Positions 41,626 through 51,900 of a DNA stretch of 64,000 bases are shown piece by piece. Where the stretch lies: the IMG/VR virus record IMGVR_UViG_3300033072_000957, positions 17,567 to 81,566 of that record; one strand, given 5' to 3'. The notes beneath the pieces are model-generated. The model did no database searches. It saw only the letters and a list, made by a program, of their open reading frames with translations, and had not been told where the DNA came from. The stretch's first letter is position 1; each line of letters starts with the position of its first letter. This stretch comes from a virus (lineage: Duplodnaviria > Caudoviricetes). The position numbers and the translations under genes were made by a program.

Positions 41626-41997
41626 TTACTCTAATGTTAATAAATAACTTAATTTGTTCACTAAACCTAACATTTCATCTCTTAAATTTAAGAGATTAGT
41701 GTCAGTTTCCTCAACTTGGTCTGTAATTTGTATTAATGCCTCTTTAACTGTATTAATAAAACCTTTAAGGTCTAATTCTGATAAATTGGCTAATTGTATT
41801 GTATTTGTTTCGTCATCTAAACTAAAACGACCGTATTTTCCCATTGCCTCTTCAACAAAAGAATCGACTAAATCTTGTAATGCGTCATATGTTGAACCAA
41901 ATGCTTGGTGTCTTGCAAACCCTTTAGTTTGCCAGTGATTTATTTTTAGTTGACATTGTAACCCTAAAAAAAGGTTTACGTTAGAATTTAAATTCAT
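41626..41997 (-). CDS. Ferritin/Dps-like four-helix protein (DUF5856-like)
   Basis: HWQTKGFARHQAFG..YD.L..L.D..VE motif. Confidence 0.75.
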   Translation of the reverse strand: MNLNSNVNLFLGLQCQLKINHWQTKGFARHQAFGSTYDALQDLVDSFVEEAMGKYGRFSLDDETNTIQLANLSELDLKGFINTVKEALIQITDQVEETDTNLLNLRDEMLGLVNKLSYLLTLE

Positions 41998-42643
41998 CTT
42001 CTTCTTGTTGGTCAGGATTAAAACTTCCTCTCATATTATCTGGTGAATAATTATTCACCTCATCTTTTGTTAGAACATATTCATTTTTACCTGATTGTCT
42101 CATTTCACCTTGTTTTTGTGCAAAAAACTGTTGTGGGTTTTGATTAAATGGATATGAATCTAAAGAACGCATTTCTAATTTTTCTTCTGGTGATTTTTCT
42201 TTCATTGCCTCAACTTTAGCACCTAATTGGTCAATTTTTGACATAACTTGGTCCATTTCCGCCAATTTTGATTCTAAATCGTTAAGTTTTGTGAAAACTC
42301 CGTCCATTTTATCTAAAACATTACCGTGGTCAACTCTATTGTCTTCAATGTCTTTTTTGATACTTTTAGTCATATTAACTAAATCTGTAATATCAATTTC
42401 TTCAGTTGAATCAATAGGTTCTGCTCCCGCGTCGGGTGCTGGTGGTAATGCCGCGTCTGGTGCCGCTGCGTCGGGTGCTGCATCAGGTGCTGGTGGTAAT
42501 CCCGCATCAGGCGCCGCTGCGTCAGGTGCTGGTGGTAATGGAGCATCAGCTGCCGGTGCATCTTGTTCCATAACTAATTTCTTAGTGTATTTGTTGATTG
42601 CTCTGTGACGCATCAACTCTTCGTGTAATTTTTTCTCTAACAT
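41981..42643 (-). CDS. Hypothetical protein with Pro/Ala/Asp repeat and coiled coil
   Basis: DA(A/G/P)LPPAP x3 low-complexity segment. Confidence 0.75.
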   Translation of the reverse strand: MLEKKLHEELMRHRAINKYTKKLVMEQDAPAADAPLPPAPDAAAPDAGLPPAPDAAPDAAAPDAALPPAPDAGAEPIDSTEEIDITDLVNMTKSIKKDIEDNRVDHGNVLDKMDGVFTKLNDLESKLAEMDQVMSKIDQLGAKVEAMKEKSPEEKLEMRSLDSYPFNQNPQQFFAQKQGEMRQSGKNEYVLTKDEVNNYSPDNMRGSFNPDQQEEDEFKF

Positions 42644-42646
42644 AGC

Positions 42647-42850
42647 TTAATCTTGTAATAATTGTCTGCCGTCTTGAGTAACGTATTTTTTATTTATTCT
42701 TTCAACAATACCGTCTTTTTCTCTGATTGTATAACATTCACCTGTTACTAAATCACATTCTTCTCTCTCCATACCATCGTTAGATACGTTTCTAACTTGT
42801 TTAGGATTTAAGAATTGGTCTACTGTGTTATTTAATCTATTATTTTCCAT
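42647..42850 (-). CDS. Small hypothetical protein
   Basis: 67 aa with ECDLVTGEC; TATTTATA motif upstream. Confidence 0.7.
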   Translation of the reverse strand: MENNRLNNTVDQFLNPKQVRNVSNDGMEREECDLVTGECYTIREKDGIVERINKKYVTQDGRQLLQD

Positions 42851-42896
42851 AATATTTCCTTTATAAGTATAAATATCAAGAATATTGTTATTATTC

Positions 42897-45800
42897 TTAT
42901 TTTAAATTGAAATACAGGACTTGGTCGTCATATATACCTAATTCTTTAGCTAAAGCACTTGATATACCAATACCATATCCTGTGGCTTTAGGTCCGACAT
43001 TTATAGGTCCTTGTATGTTTGATGGTGTAATTGTGCTTGAAGATATTGGGCCAACATCAACAGTTTTACCGTTTTTAGGATTTAAAAATGATGTAGTTGC
43101 TGTAATGATTTTGTTCGCATTTGCAACATCTAAATCAAATTTTATTGAATAGAATTTCCTGTCGGTTTTTTCCAATTCTTTCCATAATATCAATGATGGA
43201 GATTCTGTTGTACCTGATATTGTTTTAGACGTAACTCTACTTAATAGACTCATTTGAATGTTATTGTCTATTTTATAGTTATTACCACCCATTACTGAAA
43301 CGACTGCTCTGAAATAATCAGCACCCTTATATCTTACTTTTTGTATGTATTTTTCACCATTATATCCATTATATCTAACACCGAATTCAGTTACTCCACT
43401 TTCTTTAATCAATTCCTCACCTGTAACTTGTTGCTCTTTACCACCCATATCTATAGTAAACACACCTAAATCTGTTGAAATAGACTTTTCGTTTTTAGTA
43501 TCTCCCGTTAATGTTAGGTCTTGTTCTTTTACTTTAGCAATTGCCTTTTTAGATAACCTATCAAATAAAGCACGATAGCTAGCCATAAATGAATCTTTAG
43601 GGTCAGGTAATGACGCATATGGTATTCTGGTACCTTTGAATGATGTGTTAATCGTATTTCCTCTAATATTGTGAGTTACTTCTGTAATCCAATATGATCC
43701 TCTAAACATTGGAATGTTTTTTAGATAGAAATACATTGTTGGTTGAATCATAACATTACCCATCATACTAACATCACAAGTATATGATGCCTGTCTGTAG
43801 ATATCGAATAAACCGATATCAACCTGGTATACCGCTGAACCCGATTCTGACCTACCTAAATTTTCTTGTGCAATAAATGATTCGGTAGTGTTTCTTATTG
43901 ATGATTGGTCCAATGAGACACCTTTAAACATTGATTGATTTTGGTCACCAAAATTTACTTCAAAAGCAACAACCTTATTTGATTTAGATAAATCTCCCGT
44001 ATTAAACACATCGGGTATTGTTATAACTAATGGATTTTTATTTGGGTCTCCAACATTAAAACTATCATTGTTAAATTTATATTTTTCATTAACATCTTTC
44101 ATATCAAGATGTTTAGATGTTGGTCCCGTATATTGTATAATAATTTTAGGCGACGACTCTTGGTAATCTACCTCTAAGAACGTACCAAATAAATTTTTAG
44201 CAATTTTTTTAGATGGTGTAAGTTTTGTTTTTGTTGAGAAATTTGTGCCGTAGAAATTTACATAAGCAGGAAGTGCTCTCATATCAAATCCGGTACCTTG
44301 TAATAGCATCGATATTACTCCATATAAATTTTGTTTGTCGTTATTAGGTTCTTCTAATGCAATTAATCTCTCTAAACTTAGATATGTTTTGTCACCAATA
44401 TCTCTATTTGCTTTATCTAAAAATAAAAACTCTTCTAATAGTAATCTTTGTCCAATAGAATTACCTGCAACCCATTTATCGTTAAAAGATTTAAAGAAAT
44501 TATATTGGTCTAATTTTACAGGTGTATCGTTATAACCATTTAGAACTGTTTGTTTCAAAGTATTTGTTTTACCTTTTAATCCAACCAGTTTAGAAATTAA
44601 AGTATTCATAAATAAATCTCTACGATTTTGAATACCGATACCTAATATAGTTGTATATGAAAGAATATTTTGAATCAAATATGTTTGGAATTGTTTTTTT
44701 GTTGGTATTGTATTTCCTAATGATTTTCTATACCCGGCATAAACATAAATTAATGGTCTAAATTGTAATATATTCTCTTCACTTAGTTCAATATTGTTAA
44801 GTTCAAAGAAGTCTTTATAATATGTGGTCGTAGTGCCTGATTGAGGCTCTTCTCCCAAATATAAATCCATTAACTCTTTAGTTCCAGGTTCCCAACTAAA
44901 ACCAACAGTTGTTCCCGTAGTAAATTGTGGTGTATCATATGTATTGTATGTAAATTTATTTTCAGATTTTAATTCTGCAAATCCATTCCATACGTGTAAA
45001 TCGATTTCTTTAGGATTTCCAATTGTAATTTTTATTAAATTAGAATCGGATAATATAGTGGTTGTAATATCTTTTAAATTGGTTAATTGTCTATTTCTAA
45101 AAGAATTAATTTGTAACTGAACATTTGTTTCTTCTGTTTCCTGTCTTTTAATTGTTACAATACCTTTTAATAAATCTTGGAAATTATCATATTTAACTTT
45201 TTCAAACTTCTTATATGGAATTTCAACATTAACTCTTTCGGATGCAAAGTCTAAGAAATACTCTTCAAATTTATCCAATATCTGTGGACTGAATGTCGCA
45301 ATCAAATCAAAGACCTTTTTGAATTGAATGCTTGAATCCATAACTAAGTAATCATTAAATTTAGTGTCTCTGTGATGTTCGTTATATGATGGAAAAGTTT
45401 TTCCACTAAATGTAGTATACACTGTTTCATCAGTCCATAATATTCTAAATGATGCCTGATTTAAAGTGTCGCCACTAACTAACCCGATGTTTGCGGCGTT
45501 GTTTGCACCAACAGATGGTAATAATGTGAAATGCGTTTCACTACCATTTGTTAAACCCGAACTACTTGTAAATGTTGTCCAATAATTTTTATCGTCACCG
45601 ATTCTTGTTTTATAATGAATAATGTCTCCGTGATTTGTTCTTCCCGTGTATGAATTAATACCACCAAGAAAATTATTCACATAATCAAAATGGTTATATC
45701 CATTAACTATTTGGTGATAAATTGCATCATATACAGGATGTATTCCTACATTAAACGAATCATTATAAGATATCGTATCTAAACCTACATCAACACTTGA

Positions 45801-48659
45801 TAATCCTACACCATAATCTGAACCAGTAAAAATTGCATCGATATCAATAGGGGTTGTTACTCCTGATATGATATCTATATTTTCTGTGAGATATTTTTTA
45901 TATCTATGATATTGTGAACCCCACTTTAACATCAAGTGATAAGGTACATAGTGGCTTGCACCAATTTCTTTAAACACATCACACATTCTTACATTTCCCA
46001 ATCCACTATATGATAACTCATCTTGTAAATCTTTGAATGGTAATGAGTTTAATAACAAATATGCCGAACCCGCATATTTTCCATAAGATGACGTTGTATT
46101 AAAATCACTAAACAATTGTTTATGGAAATATGGTGTGTTTAAAATATTAACAGAACTAAATAAACCATCAGATGTATCTAAATCTAATTTCTTCGCAAAT
46201 AAATCAGTTGTATAACCATCTTGAACCCACATAGGTGAATTAATTACCGAACCAATAAATCCTTCTTTTGTATTAACCTTTAAAAATCCACCAAAATTTT
46301 CAATTTGATATTTTGTTTTATTTAGATATGAAAGATATAGTTTAGAATTAAATGGGTATAATTGATTTCTATACGGCTCTGAAATATAATTTATTAAATT
46401 ATTATTTAAATTTTTAAATAAGATATCATTGTCGGGTTTTTTAGCACTTGCTCCTTCATATTGTTCAATCTTAAATGGTGACGAAAGTGTGTCATTTATA
46501 TATTGAACTGTTGATAATTCATCTTGGTAGTATGGATATCTTTCAAATGGTGAAAATGATAAAAGATATTCTTTTAATTTTTCTTGTCCATTTATTGTAT
46601 TTAAAACATCAATAAGGTCATAGTCCTCTTCTAACATTTTTTCAATATTAGAAAATTCAACTAACGCAAGTTCTTTAATTGCGGTATTATTAAATGAATC
46701 AACCGCCATTGCATATGAGCCTCTTTCCCATATTTCATATATGATAGACGATAATGATTTATTTATGTAAGGTATATTATCAGATATCTCATATAATGTA
46801 GAAATCTTATTTGTTTTTGTTTCTTGTGAATTAGATTCGAAAACAAAATTAATATTACCCACACTACCTTCTTTATCAGCTAATGGGTCTAATCTTTTTG
46901 TGGCAATTCCGTGATAATTTTCTAAAAAATCAATTTCGGGCCATAAAGTCTTATTAAATGATTGTAGTTTTTGAGCAACATCAGGGTCACCAGGATATAC
47001 CACAACTTTTTGTTTATTAGCCGTTTGTTTTTTTACTTCTGGCCAAGGATAAACGTTATCACCTATTGATTCATCTGATAATCCATTTAATAATTTCTTT
47101 CTACTATTTGAAATTTCAAACGCCTTATTATGTACATCTTTTAATAATCTAATATACACATCTGCGTTTGCTAAAACTACTGCAAAAATATTACGAACAG
47201 TTGGTTCAAATCCAATACCTTTTGTTGGGTCTTTAATAACCTCGTTCATTTTTTCTTCGACCTTAGTTTCAATTTTATCTCTTTGTGCAACAAATGACGC
47301 TTGAATATCGAATATATCGGTTAATAAAGATTGTAATGCGACTGCATATTTTCCTTCAAATGGTTTATAGTAACTTTTAATACCCTTACTTCCAATTTTA
47401 TTTATAAAAGTAAATGTTTCTTTTTTAAAGTCTGTACCTGTTTTATTTAGGTATGCTTGTGCAAATAATTGTGTCTTTAATAGTTCTTTAGTGTAGTTTG
47501 TAATTAATTGTTCTAAAGTTTTATTATCTGTGGCACCAACAATTTTTTTAGTTGATGTTTTCTCGGGTCCTGCAAGGTAACTATATGTTACTCCGTCACT
47601 TACAAATATTTCTTTTTCTAAATTTGCTGAACCCCAAGTTCTAACCGCAGATTCAAAATCTTGTATTAATTTTTCAAACTCTTTGATACCAGCAAAAAGT
47701 TTCATATCGACCACTTGGTCAAATATTTCTCTTTCTAAAATTTTATCTAAACTTCTTGCAACAGTAATTAATTCTCTTAATGTTTTAACAGGAAAATTTT
47801 TAGGTATTAAATTTTTAGATTTATATTCATCATATACGGACCTTAACATTGTATATCCTCTTGATGATTTTGAAACTTTCTTTTCGTATCTACCTAACTT
47901 TTGATTGAATGTCGTTGTTTTATCCGATTCAATCAAATACATATATGGTGAATTTAAAATACCTGATAATGGTATATCATTCAGATATGCGTATGTTGAA
48001 CCAACAAATGTCGTTGCAACTTCAAAGTTACCTGTCGATTCGTTATATCTTGTATTAAATTTAACTAAATGTAATCTATATCTAATTGCCTTTCCGTAGT
48101 AGCCTTTTATAGTTAAATAAAATATTGGCCACGGTAAATGAAAGAACGCTTTATATGGTGAATTTTCAGGAGATTCAAATAATGTTTTACCTCTAACATC
48201 AATAAAGTTAATATTAACTTGTGGTATAAAGTTTGCACCTTTAATATTGATGTTTATACTATCGATACCAAATGATTGACCCGAACCGTCAGATTTTGAA
48301 GTTTGAATACCTTCGTAAACTTGATTGCCGTCCGCGTCTTTTGAATATATTGGATTATCTGAACCGTTATATGCATTTGTCCAAGAAGAATCGTAATCTC
48401 CTCTACCTTGTGGTTTTAGGAAATTTAATGTTCCTTTCGCAATTGATGTTAGGGTTGTTTTATCACCAGATGATGTTAAAATAGTTCTTGGTATGATGTC
48501 GGCTTCTAAATTAACATACATAACAAGTTCTTCTTGTTTAACGGATCTTGTTTGCACCTCACCGTTCTCAACCACACTGTTTGGGTCGATGTATATTAAG
48601 TTGTTTTGGTCAACCTTTACTAATATGTTTTCTCCGGTGTTTATCTTATTGTTCCCCAT
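42897..48659 (-). CDS. Giant baseplate hub/spike-associated protein (gp27-like segments; possible C-terminal RlpA/DPBB-like domain)
   Basis: GNVMIQPTMYFYL...GSYWITEVTHNI late-control-D-like motif; position after LysM-like gene. Confidence 0.6.
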   Translation of the reverse strand: MGNNKINTGENILVKVDQNNLIYIDPNSVVENGEVQTRSVKQEELVMYVNLEADIIPRTILTSSGDKTTLTSIAKGTLNFLKPQGRGDYDSSWTNAYNGSDNPIYSKDADGNQVYEGIQTSKSDGSGQSFGIDSININIKGANFIPQVNINFIDVRGKTLFESPENSPYKAFFHLPWPIFYLTIKGYYGKAIRYRLHLVKFNTRYNESTGNFEVATTFVGSTYAYLNDIPLSGILNSPYMYLIESDKTTTFNQKLGRYEKKVSKSSRGYTMLRSVYDEYKSKNLIPKNFPVKTLRELITVARSLDKILEREIFDQVVDMKLFAGIKEFEKLIQDFESAVRTWGSANLEKEIFVSDGVTYSYLAGPEKTSTKKIVGATDNKTLEQLITNYTKELLKTQLFAQAYLNKTGTDFKKETFTFINKIGSKGIKSYYKPFEGKYAVALQSLLTDIFDIQASFVAQRDKIETKVEEKMNEVIKDPTKGIGFEPTVRNIFAVVLANADVYIRLLKDVHNKAFEISNSRKKLLNGLSDESIGDNVYPWPEVKKQTANKQKVVVYPGDPDVAQKLQSFNKTLWPEIDFLENYHGIATKRLDPLADKEGSVGNINFVFESNSQETKTNKISTLYEISDNIPYINKSLSSIIYEIWERGSYAMAVDSFNNTAIKELALVEFSNIEKMLEEDYDLIDVLNTINGQEKLKEYLLSFSPFERYPYYQDELSTVQYINDTLSSPFKIEQYEGASAKKPDNDILFKNLNNNLINYISEPYRNQLYPFNSKLYLSYLNKTKYQIENFGGFLKVNTKEGFIGSVINSPMWVQDGYTTDLFAKKLDLDTSDGLFSSVNILNTPYFHKQLFSDFNTTSSYGKYAGSAYLLLNSLPFKDLQDELSYSGLGNVRMCDVFKEIGASHYVPYHLMLKWGSQYHRYKKYLTENIDIISGVTTPIDIDAIFTGSDYGVGLSSVDVGLDTISYNDSFNVGIHPVYDAIYHQIVNGYNHFDYVNNFLGGINSYTGRTNHGDIIHYKTRIGDDKNYWTTFTSSSGLTNGSETHFTLLPSVGANNAANIGLVSGDTLNQASFRILWTDETVYTTFSGKTFPSYNEHHRDTKFNDYLVMDSSIQFKKVFDLIATFSPQILDKFEEYFLDFASERVNVEIPYKKFEKVKYDNFQDLLKGIVTIKRQETEETNVQLQINSFRNRQLTNLKDITTTILSDSNLIKITIGNPKEIDLHVWNGFAELKSENKFTYNTYDTPQFTTGTTVGFSWEPGTKELMDLYLGEEPQSGTTTTYYKDFFELNNIELSEENILQFRPLIYVYAGYRKSLGNTIPTKKQFQTYLIQNILSYTTILGIGIQNRRDLFMNTLISKLVGLKGKTNTLKQTVLNGYNDTPVKLDQYNFFKSFNDKWVAGNSIGQRLLLEEFLFLDKANRDIGDKTYLSLERLIALEEPNNDKQNLYGVISMLLQGTGFDMRALPAYVNFYGTNFSTKTKLTPSKKIAKNLFGTFLEVDYQESSPKIIIQYTGPTSKHLDMKDVNEKYKFNNDSFNVGDPNKNPLVITIPDVFNTGDLSKSNKVVAFEVNFGDQNQSMFKGVSLDQSSIRNTTESFIAQENLGRSESGSAVYQVDIGLFDIYRQASYTCDVSMMGNVMIQPTMYFYLKNIPMFRGSYWITEVTHNIRGNTINTSFKGTRIPYASLPDPKDSFMASYRALFDRLSKKAIAKVKEQDLTLTGDTKNEKSISTDLGVFTIDMGGKEQQVTGEELIKESGVTEFGVRYNGYNGEKYIQKVRYKGADYFRAVVSVMGGNNYKIDNNIQMSLLSRVTSKTISGTTESPSLILWKELEKTDRKFYSIKFDLDVANANKIITATTSFLNPKNGKTVDVGPISSSTITPSNIQGPINVGPKATGYGIGISSALAKELGIYDDQVLYFNLK

Positions 48660-48972
48660 AATATAACTTGTACAATTCTACACCACTTTTATAATCTTGT
48701 AAAGTGGTAAGTAAAGGAAATGGGATTCTTAAGAAAAAATTATCAGGTATTTCAAATTCTACACTACCCGCTAATGGGTTAGCTTGTAAAATTAACCAAC
48801 CAAATAATGGCGTGTTATAATATTCTTGTGAAATTTTATCCAACCTGTCCTTACCCTTTTTATATTGAATATACTTGTCCGAACCTTTTATTGGAATTTC
48901 AATACCAGGAACTATTTTAAAACTTCCATCAGATTCAAAATATTGATACCTATCAAAATAATCCCTACTCAT
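48646..48972 (-). CDS. LysM-like baseplate protein (gp53/tail X-like)
   Basis: KGKDRLDKISQEYY..PLFGWLILQANP..LRIP. Confidence 0.8.
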   Translation of the reverse strand: MSRDYFDRYQYFESDGSFKIVPGIEIPIKGSDKYIQYKKGKDRLDKISQEYYNTPLFGWLILQANPLAGSVEFEIPDNFFLRIPFPLLTTLQDYKSGVELYKLYYGEQ

Positions 48973-51900
48973 TGTCTATAATAATTTAATGTTCCTTCTA
49001 GTTTATTCTTTTTAGTAAATATTTTTTTCAATTTTTCTTTTCTGGTTGCATCCGTCATTTCTGTTGAACCATATGTATCAAATTGTATTTCATTTGTGTT
49101 TTTTCTAACAGGGAATTTACCAAGTTTAAATTTCTTTTCTTTCGGTGTTGTTATAAAATCAGAAAATACATTACCAATCTTTTCTCTTATTTTATCGGTA
49201 AATAATGTTTTATCTGATTCATATAATTTTACAATATTTGCTTTCTCGTCTTTTAATAATATAGATAACAAGTTTTCTAATAATGTACTATTAATTGTTG
49301 GCGAATTAAAGTTTATATCATTTTCTAAGTCTTCAAAGAAATCTCCGTGTTGTTTTTTAATATAATCAACCACACCTGAATATTCTTTATAAAACGCCTC
49401 ATTTGTTAATCCTGATAAACTAACCTGTGTATAAACTTCCTTATCAATTTTACCGTCAACTTCATTCTCAACTATAAAGTTTACCTTATCAAATGCTGAG
49501 ATAACTTCGTTTCTTGCACTTTCTAATTCTTTTATTGATTTTATTTCTGAGAATTTATCTATTTTATCCAATACCACTTTCTTAACATACGGTTTTAATA
49601 ATGTTTCTGAATTTGATAGTATCGCATTTGGCATTTTTTTATCAAATCCAAATAGTGATGTTAAATTGGTAGATTGAATTGCGGTGTCCATAGCAGATTT
49701 AAAACCTCTACTTAAAACCGACAAATCATTAGATACTTTGTATTGTCCTAACAAAGTTATTGTTTCAGTACTTGATGGTTTATTAATTGTCAATCCATTT
49801 ACCGTTCTATATGTTGGTGAGAAAAATAAACTTGCAATGTTAGTACCATACTCAGTTACTATTTTATTATATGCCGTTTGGAATGTATTAAAATATGCAC
49901 CTGTTGCACTATAAATCATATTAACTTCGTCCGTATATGTTATTTTATTGTCCTTAGGTTCACCACCAATATAGACACCTTGAGTAACTTCATTTGCAGT
50001 TGATGAATCTGTTTTACTTGTTAATTGAAAACCGTCTCTTTTTTGTAATTCTTCTAAGAATGTTTTTGTAAACTTATCTGCATCTTCACCACCTATTTTA
50101 GTATTAGTTGCTTCAGACCTTTCATCATACATTTCAGTATTTGCAAAGAAGTTTGAAGATAATGCATTTTGTAATCTCTCAACAGGTTTTTCTAAACCTT
50201 GTCCACCGATGAAATTAACTTGTAATGATACGTTTGCAATCATTGGTTGTACTCCAATACCTTCAGGATTTAAATCCCAAACTCCCTCTTCATATGTTAT
50301 ATTAACATCCCTAATAACAACTTTTGAATGATAAAAATCACCAATTCTAACAACACAAATTGGTGGTGGACCAAATGACGTATTTCTTGCACCAATATCT
50401 AAATCATCAACCATACCTTTTACGGGTATAGTATCGCCAGGCCTAACACATTGTAATAAGAATGTTAATCTACTATTTAAACCTTCAGGTGTTGTTGAAT
50501 GAAATGCTGGATGGAAATATCTTAATTTTTCTTTTAATGAAGAAAACGCAACCGGTGAATCCTCCTCCAATTTTTTAAAGTAATGACATTCTGAAAGAGT
50601 TTTCATAATGATTCTCTTCATCACATCAATTGGTGGTTTTTTATTTTGTATGGTTGTTTCACCATCAGGTTCTAATCTCGTTTTTGGAACTGGTATATCC
50701 GGTATTATAATCTCTTGTTTTGTTGGTAATCTTTTATAGGACATTTTAACACGACCTTGTCTACAATAAAATGCAACAGGTGCGGTGTCTTTTAATCCTT
50801 GTTTAGTGTAAATCTTTTGATTACAATTTATACTTTCTTTACCACCGACATTTTTTAATGATGAATCTTCACCATTAGTGTTTAATGCAAAAATTAATTT
50901 ACCTTCTACACCATCATATCCAAAATCACTAAACTTATATTCTTTTTTCAGTATATCAGTTCCTGATTTTTCAAACTTGGATAAATCTGATTTTTTATAC
51001 CAATTTTTTTCATCTTCAATGTTTGGATATTTTCCACCATTTCCAATTTGTTTAAAAATTGTTCTTAAAATACTGTGAAATCTTCTTACGCCTAAATAAA
51101 AATTATATGTATTATCTGCAACTTCAGATGTTGATGTAGATACTGTTATTGTAACTTCCTCAACTTTTTTATTTTTTATATCTGTTGTTAATCCTGATAA
51201 TGATGTTATTAACTTATTATATGATGTTTCTAATTGTGTAAATCCTGAAGTAATAATATCAACTTGTGATTGTTTTAATGTTGATTGTGCAATTGTTCCT
51301 CCGTTTGTCGGATCTTCTTTTCCAAAAATTGTTGTTATATCTTTTTTGCCATTTGTTGTTCCTGATATTGAAAATAATTCATCTAAATCGTTTTCTAAAT
51401 TTGTAACAAATCTACTTTGAGACCCTTTATAGTCGTTATAGATATCGGCAAATGTCATATTTGCTAAAGTATTTTGACTTGAATTTGATTTTGGAAAATC
51501 GTTCGGGAAATATAATCTTTCGTCAAATGTCACCGGTTTATTATCGGTACCATTTTGGTCTACTGGTGGTTTTGGATATGTAACAGGGTCTGTCACATAT
51601 TTGAATTTTTTAATTGTTGTTGCATTTTTGCCTGCGTTAAGATATTGTTTAATTAAAGTAATATCACTTGAATCTAACGTTGTGTATGTTTGGATTAAAG
51701 AATAGAAATCTATTTCTTCACAACCCGCAAAAAATGCATTTATATAATTGTCAGCCTCTTCATCTGACATACCTTTAAAATGTTCTCTAACTAATAAGTT
51801 TAAAATACTTGGGTGGTCGACAACTACTTTAAATGAAATTTGACCACTTCTTGATGTATTTTGATACGTAAAGATTGGTTCAGGTCTACCGATAAATGAA

